Positions 39,917-51,980 of a stretch of DNA of 64,000 nt are shown here, piece after piece. The stretch is from Mobula hypostoma (taxonomy: Eukaryota), in contig NC_086106.1 of NCBI RefSeq assembly GCF_963921235.1, positions 20,150,001 through 20,214,000 of the forward strand, written 5' to 3'. Each line of letters begins with the position of its first letter. The first letter of the stretch is position 1. A program made the position numbers and the translations under genes. The notes beneath the pieces were generated by a model. That model was given only the letters and a program-made list of their open reading frames with translations, did no database searches and was not told the DNA's origin.

Positions 39917-42339
39917 CCATGCTGGCCAATATGCGGATCACATTTTTTACACCTAGGCGATATAAATTTAATCCTTTCCTATCCACTTCCTCTGACAGCC
40001 TAGAACATCTGTCCTTCAGATAAAACCAGCGAGACATAGAGTAGACATTTTGACTCATCTATGCCAACCATTATGCTTATCTATACTGATCCTACTTGCC
40101 GTCATCGATTATACACCACTCTCTACCCATTCATGTACCCGCCCCGATGCGGGTTGTGTAATGTTTCTGCCTCCATCTCATCTGGCAGCTCATTCCCGAC
40201 ACCAGCTGCTCTTTGTGTGAAAAAGATCCCCTCTGATCCAATTTAAGTCTGTTGTCTCTCGACTTAAGCCCACGCCTTCTTGTTTTAAAGTCCCCTAGCA
40301 TGGGAAACAGACTCTGTGTAGCAAGCCTTTTTATGCCTCTCCCGATTTGATTATACTTCTATAACGTCGCCTTGTTTGCTCCGGGGTGTTTGTGTGGGTG
40401 TGTGTGTGTGTGGGGGGGGGGGGGGGTGGAGGCGGAGGGGATCCATTCTCCCCTGGTAACTCGACTTCTCCAAAGTGCTGAATCTTCACCGCATCATTTC
40501 AGAAGACCATAAGTCCATAAGATATGGGAGCAGAATAAGGCCATTTGGGCCATCAAGTCTGCTCTGCCATTTCATCATGGCTTATCAAATTTTCCTTTCG
40601 GCACCAATCTTCTAGCTTGACGACCGTATGCCTTCATGCCCTGACCAATGAAGAATCTATCACCCTCTCCATTAAATACTGTATACATAAAGACTTGGCC
40701 TCCGCAGCTGACTTGTGGTAAAGGGTTCCACAGCTTCACCACTCTCTGGCTAAAGAAATTCCTCTTCCTCTCCATTCTAAAAGAACGCCACTCTATTCTG
40801 AGGCTGTGTCCTCTGGTCTAAGACTCTCCAACCATAGGAAACATTCTCTCCACATCCACTCTGTCAAGGCTTTTCATCATTCGATAGGTTTCAATAAGCA
40901 CCCCCTTCATTCTTCTGAATTTTAGTGAATGCAGGCCCAGAACCATCAAATGCTCTGGGCCTGTGTTAACAAGAATTCATGAGAATGAAGGGTGAACTAA
41001 TATTTCTGACCGAACCATTTTCTTTCTCCTAGATGGCGATGTTCCAAGTGTGACCTAACTAATGTTAGTTCAGGCCTAACGTCTTGTTTTGTGGCTGGCT
41101 TTTGACACATGATAAGTACTGGTACCAAGAGCTTCTGGATCACAACCAGGGTTCAAATACTTGCGTCCAAGTCTCAGCAGACTGGATGGGACCAATGTTT
41201 GCAGGGAGAGATGCAAGGCCCGACATCACCCTTGTCCATTTTCGTTGAAGTCGCAGAAACTCTGCCGGGATTTTGACGGATAGTTCCTTAACCAAAACTG
41301 ATGCAAAGAAATGAATCACAAGGAGCTACTGAGTGATATCAACATAGAATTTATTGATATGACGGAACGGTTTGGAAAGTCACACTTCAATTGAAACCGA
41401 CATGATATCTGTATTGTTTGGCTTAGGCAATGAGCGAGAGCTATTTTTTCATTTGTTACCATTTACAAAACTCTTGAAATATTTACATAAGTTCGCCAAG
41501 AAAATGATTGGGTAGAGAGAGCTTATATTCCATAATAGCTTGACTTCCCTCATGGTCTGCCCTCTGTGCCAGGGAAGCTTAAGGGGATGGGGGAAGGGGC
41601 GACGTTCTTTACCCTTGTGTCAAGGTTATCAAGTCCATTTTATTGGTCATGGTGATAACTGGATGAGCAACTAGGCTGGCTGAGAGAGTTAGCGGGCTGT
41701 GGTAGGATCTGGACTCAATATGTGGGCCCATTCTGCGTCCACGAGGAGGAATTTTTTCCATCACAGACAGGGATTTTAACATCACAGTTGACTGGTTTTA
41801 AACTGAATATATGTGGAAAAAATCCCCCTTCCCAAATTTCAGATTATTTCTTGAATTTGAATTCTTCAGACGGTAGTCGTGCAATTTGAACTTCAGACGT
41901 TGGATTTTTTATACAGGCACGTCCATCTAAGGACCGGTCCACCCCCAAATTTACTGGGAGCCCGCGCCGGGGATGTGGGATGTTCCCCGGGGCGGGAACC
42001 ACTCTTCTCAGCGGAGTGAAAGAGGAGATTCAATGGAAGCGGGTTCAAACTGCGAAGGAGGAGAGGGTACTGTTGCTAGCAGAAGGGTCATGAGGGGCAC
42101 TGAAAGCGAATGAAAGGAACAAGAAAAGAATTGGCAGGGTCGGGGAAAGGAGCACGAATCAGGAAGAGTTCTCTGGGAGTCGGCACGGACTCAATGGGCC
42201 GAACAACCTCCTACCTTGTAAGCACTCTCAGGGTAAGGGATATTCATAATGCAAAGCCGTTTATATAGAGGTAAGAAAATGATGCAAAGCTGATAAAATC
42301 TAAATCTCACAGGAGCGAACAGTATAATATATTGTATAC

Positions 42340-42568
42340 GTAAATGCAGGAGAAAGGGTTTTATTTTACAAGATGTTGAGGTTGCAAAGGAAAGGCGATA
42401 TACGTCAGGCATTTACAACAGCAGGAAACTTCTGTCGATTACAGCGGAGTTACTGCCTCTGGATTTGGATCGCTTTAAACATTTTTCAGCAAGTCCACCA
42501 CTCCTGGCTCCGGTTTGGCTGCACGCCGGGGTTCCAGGTAGATGACAGGTCCCTGGTTCTGTCTCCAT
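42340..42568 (-). other. TRAC: TRAC exon 4 (3'UTR) with polyA signal
   Basis: Acceptor CTCTTCCCCCTCTCTCCCCATCTAG (AG ends at 42569). AATAAA on the minus strand at 42360-42365. A separate untranslated last exon matches known TRAC organisation. The 3' end is approximate. Confidence 0.7.
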
Positions 42569-43029
42569 CTAGATGGGGAGAGAGGGGGAAGAGCTTAGTT
42601 TTCTCACTGTTTCTCTGTCCACCCAAATTGGTCTAACCGCGGTCCCTATAGGCCAGGCCTGCAGTTTACTGTCGAACTGTTGCAGTGCACAGCCAGCCGA
42701 TTTGGCTCAACATGTTCGACGTTCTGTTCTCTGTTATTGAACCCCACCCTTCAGCCACATCATACTGTCAGCATGGATGTTAAGGGAGCGTCTCAACGTG
42801 GAAGGGGCGCTTTGAGGAAGTGCGGCACGTTGGGTGGATTGGTACTGAGGGAGATCTGTGAGAGGGGTGGTGCTGATGGAGGAGTGCACTGCAGTGCTGC
42901 TAATGTTAACAGTCCTCTTTAATTCTGCAATTACCATCAAATCAGCTATTCACAGCGTTTAGGACTTCGGGCTTCCGCGCTATCAGAAGCCGTTCGGTCC
43001 GTCGACCCTCTGTTAGCTCTGCCCCTCAC

Positions 43030-43137
43030 CTTATTATATCCAAGCACGAGCAGTCATCAAGATGTTGAAGATAACGCTTTTGAAGAACAGAATCCTCAAT
43101 CCGAAGACTGTGAGTGAGAGCTCTCGTACTTCTTTTT
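43030..43137 (-). CDS. TRAC: TRAC exon 3 (transmembrane + short tail, stop TAA at 43034-43036)
   Basis: Pyrimidine-rich TAG acceptor, GTGAGG donor just after the stop, 108 nt. Encodes EKEVRELSLTVFGLRILFFKSVIFNILMTARAWI*, with the TCRα/δ-type TM Arg and Lys five residues apart and the FN.LMT.R.W motif. Confidence 0.95.
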
Positions 43138-43539
43138 CTACCGGGGGAGAAAGGAGAGGAACAATGAGATGGCGTTCAAAGTTGCCCTTGGGAATACGAG
43201 AAAACGGAACAGGAGTCGTGGATTCACTTAGCCATATCTGCATCTTCCTGCCTGTTGCCTACCACTCTGTATTCTAAGCTTAGTCAAATCTCTCGCTCAT
43301 CATGGCTTCGGATATGTCCAGGGACTTGATCTCCACAGCTATCTGGTGTCAGGTCCACAGATTTACTTTTCTCCTCCAGGAAGACACGTACTCCTTCCCG
43401 TCTTAAATGGCACCTTTCCTGAAATTTGTGCCCGCTACATAGTGTTGGGACCAACTCCACAATGGGAATCTCCCCTCTAATCCTCACTCTCTATCAAAGT
43501 CCCGCACAATCTCTTTGAATCGAATTACCTACCTACCCT

Positions 43540-43740
43540 ATTATTGACCCAGCCTGCTCATTCCCAAACCCCACACTTGACCCAACCTGTTTACTTCCCG
43601 ACCGCACTGTTGAGTCATGCGGCGAATTCCCCAACCCCATAATGGACCCGAGATTTTCACTCTCCAACTGCACTGTTGATTCAGCCTGCTTATTTCCCAA
43701 CCCGCCTGTTAACCGATATTATTGCTCATACCCAACTCTC
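43540..43740 (+). repeat. ~33-bp minisatellite, ~6 copies, in TRAC intron 2
   Basis: Unit about CACTGTTGACCCAACCTGCTCATTCCCAAC. Confidence 0.7.
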
Positions 43741-43861
43741 CTTACTTTAGCTTCTATCTATAGTTTCTGAGAATATAGTGGGCTACAGTGGATTGCAGTT
43801 GGTATTCCCAAAATTCCTTCAAGCATAAAGTTTGCATCGAATATTTATAGCAAGAACTTAC

Positions 43862-43906
43862 CGTCTGTATCATTGTCAAATTCAACGCAACCCGCCTGGA
43901 TATCAT
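43862..43906 (-). CDS. TRAC: TRAC exon 2 (connecting peptide/hinge with interchain Cys)
   Basis: TCTTTCAG acceptor, GTAAGT donor, 45 nt, phase 1-1. Encodes DDIQAGCVEFDNDTD in frame with exons 1 and 3. Confidence 0.9.
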
Positions 43907-43989
43907 CTGAAAGAGATACAAAGTAACTTCATGAGTCTAGTCCATGGACAGTCATCAAATGTCACACTGATCAGACAGGGTAAGGAGCG

Positions 43990-44340
43990 CACCAGGGTCG
44001 GGGAATGAGCAGGTTCTGTCAACGCTGGAGTTGGGGAATGAACAGGTTAGTTCGATAGTGGAGTTGAAGAATGAGTGTGCTGGAGGACAGCAATGAATTT
44101 GGGGAATGAACAGGTTGGATCAACAGTGGGGTTTCTGGTGAAATGGTTGCATCAGCACTGTGGTTACTGAATGAAAAGGTTCGGTCAGCAGTGGTATTGA
44201 GGAATAAATAGATTGGGTCAGCAGTGGAATTGGAACGAGGAAAGTGGGTCAACACTGTGATTGCCAGTTGGGCAGGTCGATTCAAGGCTGAAGAATGAAC
44301 AAGTGAGTTCAACGCTGGTGTCGGGGGAATAAACAAGTTA
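43990..44340 (-). repeat. Same ~33-bp minisatellite in inverted orientation, ~10 copies, in TRAC intron 1
   Basis: Unit about GTTGGGGAATGAACAGGTTGGATCAACAGTG, the reverse complement of the 43540-43740 unit. Confidence 0.7.
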
Positions 44341-44841
44341 TATGGAGAGTTACTAGCGTTTGCATAGTGGTTTTATTACAAGGATATTTGCTGAGCGAGG
44401 ATTTCCTGGTCTGGGAGAAAGAGTAAGAGGTTCACACTTTAAATCAGGGAGGAACGGAATTCACCCCCTGGGTGTGAGGTTGAGTTTATGGGAATGATCC
44501 CAAACAAAGCTGCGGAAAGACCTGGTAAATACAGATGAGAGATGACCGCCACTTGTGATTCTATAACCATTTAGTTCATTTCCTAGCCGTTTCCCCGTGG
44601 GCTTCTGTAGTTCGGCACCCGAACTACTGATGTTTTGGGCTCTTGCTCGGTAGATGACGTTTGCAAATTCCACTCACTAGTGCCCCAGTTCCCGCGGAAT
44701 CTTTCCCACTCACTGTGTCCCTGGTTCTTTCCCACCCTTGAATACCGCCAGATTTACTGAAATATTACAGTGCAATTTTTTTTTCAGCGTATTAACATAT
44801 GCCATTTGAGTCGAGTTTTCGTGTTAAAACGATCAACGTAC

Positions 44842-45123
44842 CGTCTGAGTAGTTGGTATTGTTGAGTAGGCATTTCATTTCATTCTTCACACTGGACCAT
44901 GGCGCAGTCAGAAAAGCCAGTAGGCTGTAACTTCTGTCCTCGATGGACAAGTGAGAATCTTTTGGATTTCTCTGCTGGCTATCGCTGCCTACCGACAATT
45001 CGAGGGAGTAATTATTGGGGAAGTAGTCAGCGGCAAGGCAGGCAGCCGATACCGGTACGTCGCCGGCGTTCGGCGGAGAGGGTCGGAGATAATAGACGGA
45101 CGGCGTCGGTGTCTCATGCCGGT
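44842..45123 (-). CDS. TRAC: TCR alpha constant region exon 1 (Ig C domain)
   Basis: Polypyrimidine/CAG acceptor (CTTCTTTCCCTCTGCAG) and GTACGT donor. 282 nt, phase 1-1, matching the phase-1 ends of the J segments. Encodes (N)RHETPTPSVYYLRPSPPNAGDVPVSAACLAADYFPNNYSLELSVGSDSQQRNPKDSHLSIEDRSYSLLAFLTAPWSSVKNEMKCLLNNTNYSD: C1-set 'PSVY' start, ACL..YFP, second Cys in MKC, no C-strand Trp (typical of Cα). Confidence 0.93.
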
Positions 45124-48100
45124 CTGCAGAGGGAAAGAAGAAGACAAGGTGAACCCCTTGGTCAGCGGTCTTGCTCGTACTTCCGCCGATCCTGGACTGA
45201 ACCCTGTGACTGACAGAACGGTCACAGCTTAGACACAGGCCATTCGGCACACTGCCTGTGTTTACTATATACCTCAGATCCCTTTCCCTCCTCTGTCCTG
45301 GACATACAGCGACACAGCACAGGCTTTTCGGCCCACCTAGTGTGGATAGACCATCGAAACGTGAAACGTGGTGCTTTTTGGGAAGTCAAATAGGGTAGGG
45401 CATACACCGCATGGCATTTCTGTCGATGAACATAAGGGCATTTAGGCTTTGGTTTCTAGCTCTTTGAAAGTGGCAGCACAAGTGGATATGGCGATGTATA
45501 AGCCATTTGGCTTCAGAAGGCATAAGGCCTGGATGCCTTAGAGAGGATGCTTCCGGTAGAGCTGTAGTCGAGGATCCTAGGGCACCAGCTAAGAGGAAAA
45601 GAGCGTTCCTTTAGAACTGAGGTGAGGAAGAATTTCATAAGCCTGAGGATGCGGAATCGGTGAAACTCTTTGCCCAGAAGGGCGGCGGAGACCAACTGGG
45701 TGGACTTATTGAGGAGATTAACAGATTCTGATTGGGAACTATGCTAAGAGCTGAGAATGGATGAATGAGGTTGAACAATTCAGCCACAATTGAATGACGG
45801 TGCGGACTCAATTGCCTGGATGGGCGAATCCTGTTCCTGTATCTTACATTCACCCTCTTGCCTTCAGAGGTGGTTTCTTATAATATCAGATCTAAACCTT
45901 GTAACCTTACAAGACGCTGGTATTGGCTATAAGGCGAGGTTGGGCTGATTTCTCTGGAGCGTCGGATGCTGGGGTTTGAACTGACAAGTGTTTTTTAAAA
46001 AAATTCTGAGAGGCATAGATAGGGCAGAACATCCACCCCCAGACTGAAAATGTCACAGACTGGAGGATAGTTTAAAGGTGAAAGGGGGAATGTTTGAAGG
46101 AAATTTTGGGGTAATTTGCTTTTACAAATATAGTGACAGGGACCTGGAGACGTATTTGGATAGACACACAACATGCAAGAGAACAGAGGGTTATGGATTA
46201 TGTCCAGGCTTTAGTATAATTTGGCATCATCTTCGGCCAAAGGGCCTTGTCCTGTGGTCTTGTCCTATGGCCACATTCAGTTCCCTTCATTCTTTTTGCC
46301 TTGGCTCTCTGACCATGGTTTCGAATGAGCTAAAAGAGTGAGGGGTGAGGGCTCACTGTCCTCCTTGTATGAAAATTCTAAAGGTTTACCATAGTACATG
46401 GGATGGGGGCAGGAGGTGTGTGTACCCGGCCTCGTAACCAGAGAGAAAGAGGGAGTGGTAGGGGACCCATAGGAAGCAGTAATAATTTAATATGATCAGA
46501 CACTAAGACCATCAGATATAGGAGCAGAATTAGGCCATTGGTCCAGTTAGTTTGCTCCGTCATTTCATCATGGCTGATCAATTTCCCTCTCAGCCCCTAT
46601 CCCCTGCCGTCTCCCCGTATCCCTTTATGCTCTAACTAATCAAGGATATATCAAACTCTTCTTTGAATATACCCAATGATTTGGCTTCCATAGCTTCCCG
46701 TGGCAACCAATTCCATAGATTCACCACCCGCTGGCTAAAGACAGGCCTCATCATTTCCGATCTAAACGGACGTCCCTGTATTCTGAGTCTGTGTCCTCTG
46801 GTCTGAGACTCCCCCACCATAAGAAACATTCTCTCCACATCCACTCTATCGAGGCTTTTCAACATTCCCTAGGGTTCGATGAGCCCTCCCCTCTACCCCC
46901 CTTCTTCTGAATTCCAGTGAGTAGCGGTCTAGAGCCATCAAACAGGTCAACGTCTGGATTTGTTTGATAGTATTCAATTCAATAATAACTCTCTTTTGTC
47001 ACAATTTACTCCTTGTCAGAGCCATCTCAGTGAAGTTAATTAAAGAGGTGGCAGACGCTTGGAAACTGCAATAAAAACGGAAAATGAAGAAAATCCTTAA
47101 CAGATCAGGCAGCATCGGTAGAGAGGGAAACGGAGTTAACATTTCAGTTCTGGGGCTTTGGGGTCAGAACGGGATAAAAGAGAAAGCAAGTTAATTTGCA
47201 GTAGCAGTGAAAACTAACTCGGTTTTCCGATTTCTTGTTTCTGTACAAAGGGACTTTGGCTTGTAACGCCAACGATTCGTCTCCCCACAGATGCTACCCT
47301 ACCTGCCGAATTTTCCAGCACTTTCTGTTAACATTTCTAAAGGTGAGGGATCTCAAACTGGATCAAGTTTGACTTAGATGAAGTTGTGGTTAATCAAGTT
47401 CCAAATCAAACTATCAGTTTGTATTCGTAGTAGTTATTATATGCAGAGTTTCAGACAATCGTACAAAAATGAGGTTTAAATGTTACATTGTTAAGTTCAA
47501 TCAAACGTTATTTTTGTTGAACATGCTACTTTCTAATATACAATTACACTACGTACGCATGACTAATATATTAAAGTGATATTTACATTACATGTCCTTT
47601 ATTAACGTATTGTCTCTGCTTGTCTGCGTCTTTCTCATTCCCACCTGCCCCTGCACATTTATCTGTCCGTCGATTCCCCATTTTTAATCAGCAGATAATT
47701 AGATTGCCTGCAAGCCGTCAACTTTACAAATGCTATTCGGAGCACAAAAACTTATCAAGCTGAAATGTCCTCTGACCAGAATGAGAATTCAGAAGTTAAC
47801 CATGTCATCTAAAGAACATACCATGCGCCATTAAATGGGTACTGGGTGCTACGGGAGTTCTGGGTGCCTGATAGCTGGCATACTCTTAGCTCCTGAACTT
47901 GTTGTTTTATGCTGTATGACTGAACTCGTGGTTTTAGTTGTAGGAAGAATGTAGGAAGTGGAGATTATATCTCACGGGAACATTTGTTTTACACGCTCTT
48001 CCAATTAACATGAATAATGCTTATCTTTAACCGTTATTAGTTATTGAAGCAATCGACAGGGAAACAACCCTTTTTACATATTGGGTCCATCAAGCACATG

Positions 48101-49899
48101 TTTGAATTAATTCTAGAATGGTTTCATTTTATTGGATCCACATTAAAATTCGTCCGGACAAACCAATAAACCTCTCACCTACACCTTATGGTCAACCTGA
48201 AGTGACTAAGCCAGTGGCGTGCGTCTGTGTGTTGGGGGGTGGGGTGGGGGAGGTGCTTGGTGGTGGAAGCTTGTGGAAAAGACCGGGAAGTCGGGATCGA
48301 ACCCAGTTGCTGGAACGGCGAGGCAGCGGTTGTGCCTGCTGTACCGCTGGATTGATTTCACCACACCACATGTAGTGTGTCTGGATGTTAGGAAGTGAGC
48401 AATCCTTCTGAAACACGGCTGGCGCCCTGGTGAAGGTGCTGCTACCATGCTGTCTGGGAGGGAGTCCCAAGGTTTAGAGCCAGTGATGTCTGGATGCCAA
48501 GAATATGTCAGTGGAAACTAGTCAGGTGAAGCTGAATAAAGAGTACTTGGTGAAGAAGCTTCTGGTCGTTGGGATCTATTTGCAGTAGAATTTTCCAATC
48601 TGGGGTTAACGGTAGGGGTCCATGACATAAAAAAGTTTGGAAACCCCTAGTCTACAGTCTCTATATCAACTCCCTTCTTCGTCCTTCCTCCAATACCCAC
48701 TAATGTTCCCCTCCAGCTGGACATCTTTCCCTTCTGAATAAGTCCTTCTGGACAGCTCCGTAAGGGTGATGGTTTCACAGTATTCTTGACCTAAGGCAAG
48801 ATAAAATCCAGAAAACATAGCATTTGGTAGGGAACTGAGTGAAGTATTGAACAGGGGAGCTGGGGTTCCTTTCCAAGTTCTTCGACCTAACAGTCAGGTC
48901 CAAACAAACATACAACACCACATGCGTCAGAAGTCCCCAGTCTTTCCTAAACGAGGAAACTAGTTCAATCAACGAACCAGACTTGCCGTTCACTTATTTC
49001 CAAGCAAGGCAGACTCACATAGAGTTATAATCTATGCTACTCGTATCATTCACACAGCATCACTTGTCCACACATAAGGTCTGTGCCGTGGTTGTATGTG
49101 TAGCAAGTGCATCTTACAGGGTTCACGAAGAGTGCATTGAGGTATCACATTCTCACTTACACTCTCTGGAATGTCTCTGGATTGCGGGCAATTTTCTGCT
49201 AAATAGACCATGTCCTAGAGCATATTATCTGAAAGTCGGACTAACTATAGCTTAGATTTCAGGAATTTCTCCCATCGCACTCTTATACTTACCCTCTCTC
49301 ACCCTTGCACTCTCCCACATTGCTCATTCTGTCTATCTACTAACTTGCTTTATTCTACCTACTGATATCAGTCATTTTCTCTTCTGCTTACTTCCCTCTG
49401 ATCCCCCTTCTCTTTACGTCTCAGTAATTATTTATCTATATATGTGTCTCTCAACTTCCATTACTCTCTACATACATTTCAACCATATCTCAGCTGTCTG
49501 TATTTGTCTATCCGACAGCGCCCTATCTATGTATTTGTTTATCTTCCAGTCTGTCCATTAGTTTGCTTCTCTCTGTAATTGTTCTTTGTCTTTGTAGCAA
49601 TATTGTGGTTTATTGGAAACATTTCATTTACTGTTACAGTTTTAATATTAGAGTTAATATTTTAATTACCAACTTATAGCGAATGTAACAATTTTTAAAA
49701 GACAGATATATTAAACTGCCTTTAATTTGGGATGATAATTAAGTGAATTGGTTTACCAACTATTTAGCAGATGAAGATTACATATCTATTCAACTCATTG
49801 CTGAGAAATCTGTTTTTTATCTATTAAACTAATTGCTGAGAAATATGTGTATTTTGTTTTACTAACAGCTGAAAACATAGTAACTCCCAACGCACTCAC

Positions 49900-49948
49900 T
49901 GGCTCCGATACTCTCTTTAGTTCTACGCTCAAATATTATCAGATAATA
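49900..49948 (-). pseudogene. J relic in the J-C intron, YYLIIFERRTKESIGA
   Basis: GTGAGT donor 49894-49899, phase-1 end, 11 codons from F to the end. TTT GAG CGT AGA ACT AAA resembles FGxGTK. The RSS position is occupied by a CAAAGTT-repeat retroelement tail. Confidence 0.5.
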
Positions 49949-50734
49949 CACTTCAAAGTTCAAAGTTTCCGACCCTCTACTCGGTGGCGGAACCAGTGTC
50001 ATTGAGTTCTAGAGCCATAGGGTCCACACAACACAGAAACAGGCCCTTTAACCCATCCTGTCCATGTAAAGTATCAAGTACCCATCTATATTCATTAACC
50101 CCGCCTCTTTCTACCTTCTCTGCAACGTAAAACTTCCTTTCGTCCAAGATTATGGAACCTTGAATGACAAACATTGTTGAAGTTTGGATCAGGAAAAAAA
50201 AGTGAATGGATGATCAGTACAAACAAGCAAATCCGTTGAGCAATATAAAAGATGTAGGAGAGAATTTCATAACACAATAACAGCGAAATAAGAGCGGGAG
50301 TAAGCTCGTCAAGCCTTTTCACTATTAATTATGATCATGTCTGACCTCAACACTTTTTCTGTGCTATTTCCCCAAACGCCCCAGTTCCTCGGCCTTAGTA
50401 TTTATCTATCTCCACGTTATCTTTTATTTAGATAGGCAGTAATCGGTACAGAGAATGTGCTGCTAGGAGAGGTCTTAGAGGCTGGTATCATTACAAATTG
50501 GAACATAACCAAATTCATGAATATGAAGTGTTTAAAGAGATATGCGGCAAATGCAGCTCAATGGCCTTATTTTCGCTTGGCATCGTGGTCAGCTTGGGCG
50601 AGTAAGGCCAAAGGCCTGTTCTGTGCTGTACAAATGGATGAATTTCCACGAATCTATAAATATATCAAATGACCTGCCTTTCATCTTCATTTTGGGGTAG
50701 AGAATTTCAGAGATTCACTATACTTCCAGGTAGA

Positions 50735-50807
50735 GCCTGGGTAGCTCAGTCGGTAGAGCATCCGACTTCTAATCTGAGGGGCCAGGGTTCAAGTCCCTGT
50801 CCAGGCG
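50735..50807 (+). tRNA. tRNA-Lys(UUU)-derived gene/pseudogene with TCT anticodon (50768-50770)
   Basis: 73 nt GCCTGGGTAGCTCAGTCGGTAGAGCATCCGACTTCTAATCTGAGGGGCCAGGGTTCAAGTCCCTGTCCAGGCG. Intact A/B boxes and acceptor, D and T stems; C29:U41 mismatch in the anticodon stem. TTTT at 50812-50815. The body matches vertebrate tRNA-Lys(UUU). Confidence 0.85.
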
Positions 50808-51832
50808 CTGCTTTTCAATTTGGAACAGTAAACTGCCTTTAGTAGACGATATTATCGAAGACATCTCAAGGCTTTATTTTTGGAAATCTGAAGGATATTC
50901 CACACACATGGTGGTGGTTAAATGGATTACGTAAGCTTGGGAAGTATGCGTTCTAACTGATCTAACACACAAACACACACATGCTCCAAGCTTTTTGTGT
51001 ATCCGTCCTTGAACTCACGAGGCTGCAAGTCTTTCTCCTTGACAATTGCAAATCAGGACTATTCATTTAGGACCTTTCCCACATTCCTTGCAACGGAGGG
51101 CCATATGTTCTTTCGCAGAATACTGTGGGGAAATAGGGGAAGATTACTGGCATCTCGATGGAGACTTTTGCATCTTCTTTAGTCATAGGTAAGGTCTGAG
51201 CAACCTGGAGGATAGCTCGAATCTTTCCTTTATTTCAGAAGTGCAGCATAGATAATCCAGTAACATCAGAATAGTGAGCCTGATGTCAGTGGTAGGGAAA
51301 TTATTGGAGATAATTATAAGGGCGACATTTGGAAAGACAGGGTGTACTGACGGATAGGCAGCGTGGCCTTGCGTTGGGAAAGTCTGCCTCATTAACACGA
51401 TTGAGTTTTTTGAGGAGGCAACTGAGAGGACTGACGAAGGAAGGGCAGAAGACATTGTCTGTGGACTTCAGTAAAGGCCTTATGGAAGGCTCTACCACAG
51501 GGCCCTGCGTGGTAGTCTGATCCAGAAGGCTAAGTTAGATGAGAGTTAAGACTGTTCAGCTAATTGCATCGAAAATGAACTTCAGGATAGGAGACAGAGG
51601 GTAAAGCTGGAAAGATATTTGTCTGATTGGAAGGCGGCATCCGAATATTTAAATTGAACTAAAATGGTATCATTCGGGAACAGCAATGTACAGCAGTATA
51701 TCATTTCAACTTTTCACCCTGGATTCTAATCCTATTGTCCCCTGACCCAATTCATCCAGTTTTCCTTGATTTATAACGAAGGATTTTTCTCTCTGAGATG
51801 AATTGTACCAAACAAAATCAAGGTTGACTTAC

Positions 51833-51889
51833 GTGGAGTTACAGTCACAATCGTGCCAGATCCAAATGTTATTTTGTTGCTGATACCCA
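51833..51889 (-). CDS. TRAJ: TRAJ segment (type A), GISNKITFGSGTIVTVTP; most C-proximal intact J
   Basis: FGSG motif; GTAAGT donor (51827-51832). RSS heptamer CACAGTA 51890-51896, 12-bp spacer, nonamer ACGAAAACA 51909-51917. Confidence 0.92.
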
Positions 51890-51925
51890 CACAGTACTGG
51901 ACAGCCTCACGAAAACACTACTTAC

Positions 51926-51980
51926 GTGGAGCGAGAGTCAAGCTGAACCCAGGTACAAATATTATTCGCCGGCTTTTACC
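51926..51980 (-). pseudogene. Degenerate TRAJ, GKSRRIIFVPGFSLTLAP
   Basis: GTAAGT donor 51920-51925 and phase-1 end. FVPG replaces FGxG. Heptamer-like CAAACTG has lost the essential CAC. Confidence 0.7.

Noticed and set aside
48100-48420. RUNX/ETS motifs in the J-C intron as an intronic enhancer
   Set aside because: They overlap a tRNA-derived SINE-like segment (GGGATCGAACCC), and the motif density is compatible with chance.
48885-48915. FGP-like fragment resembling an internally deleted J
   Set aside because: No donor or RSS at the expected distances.
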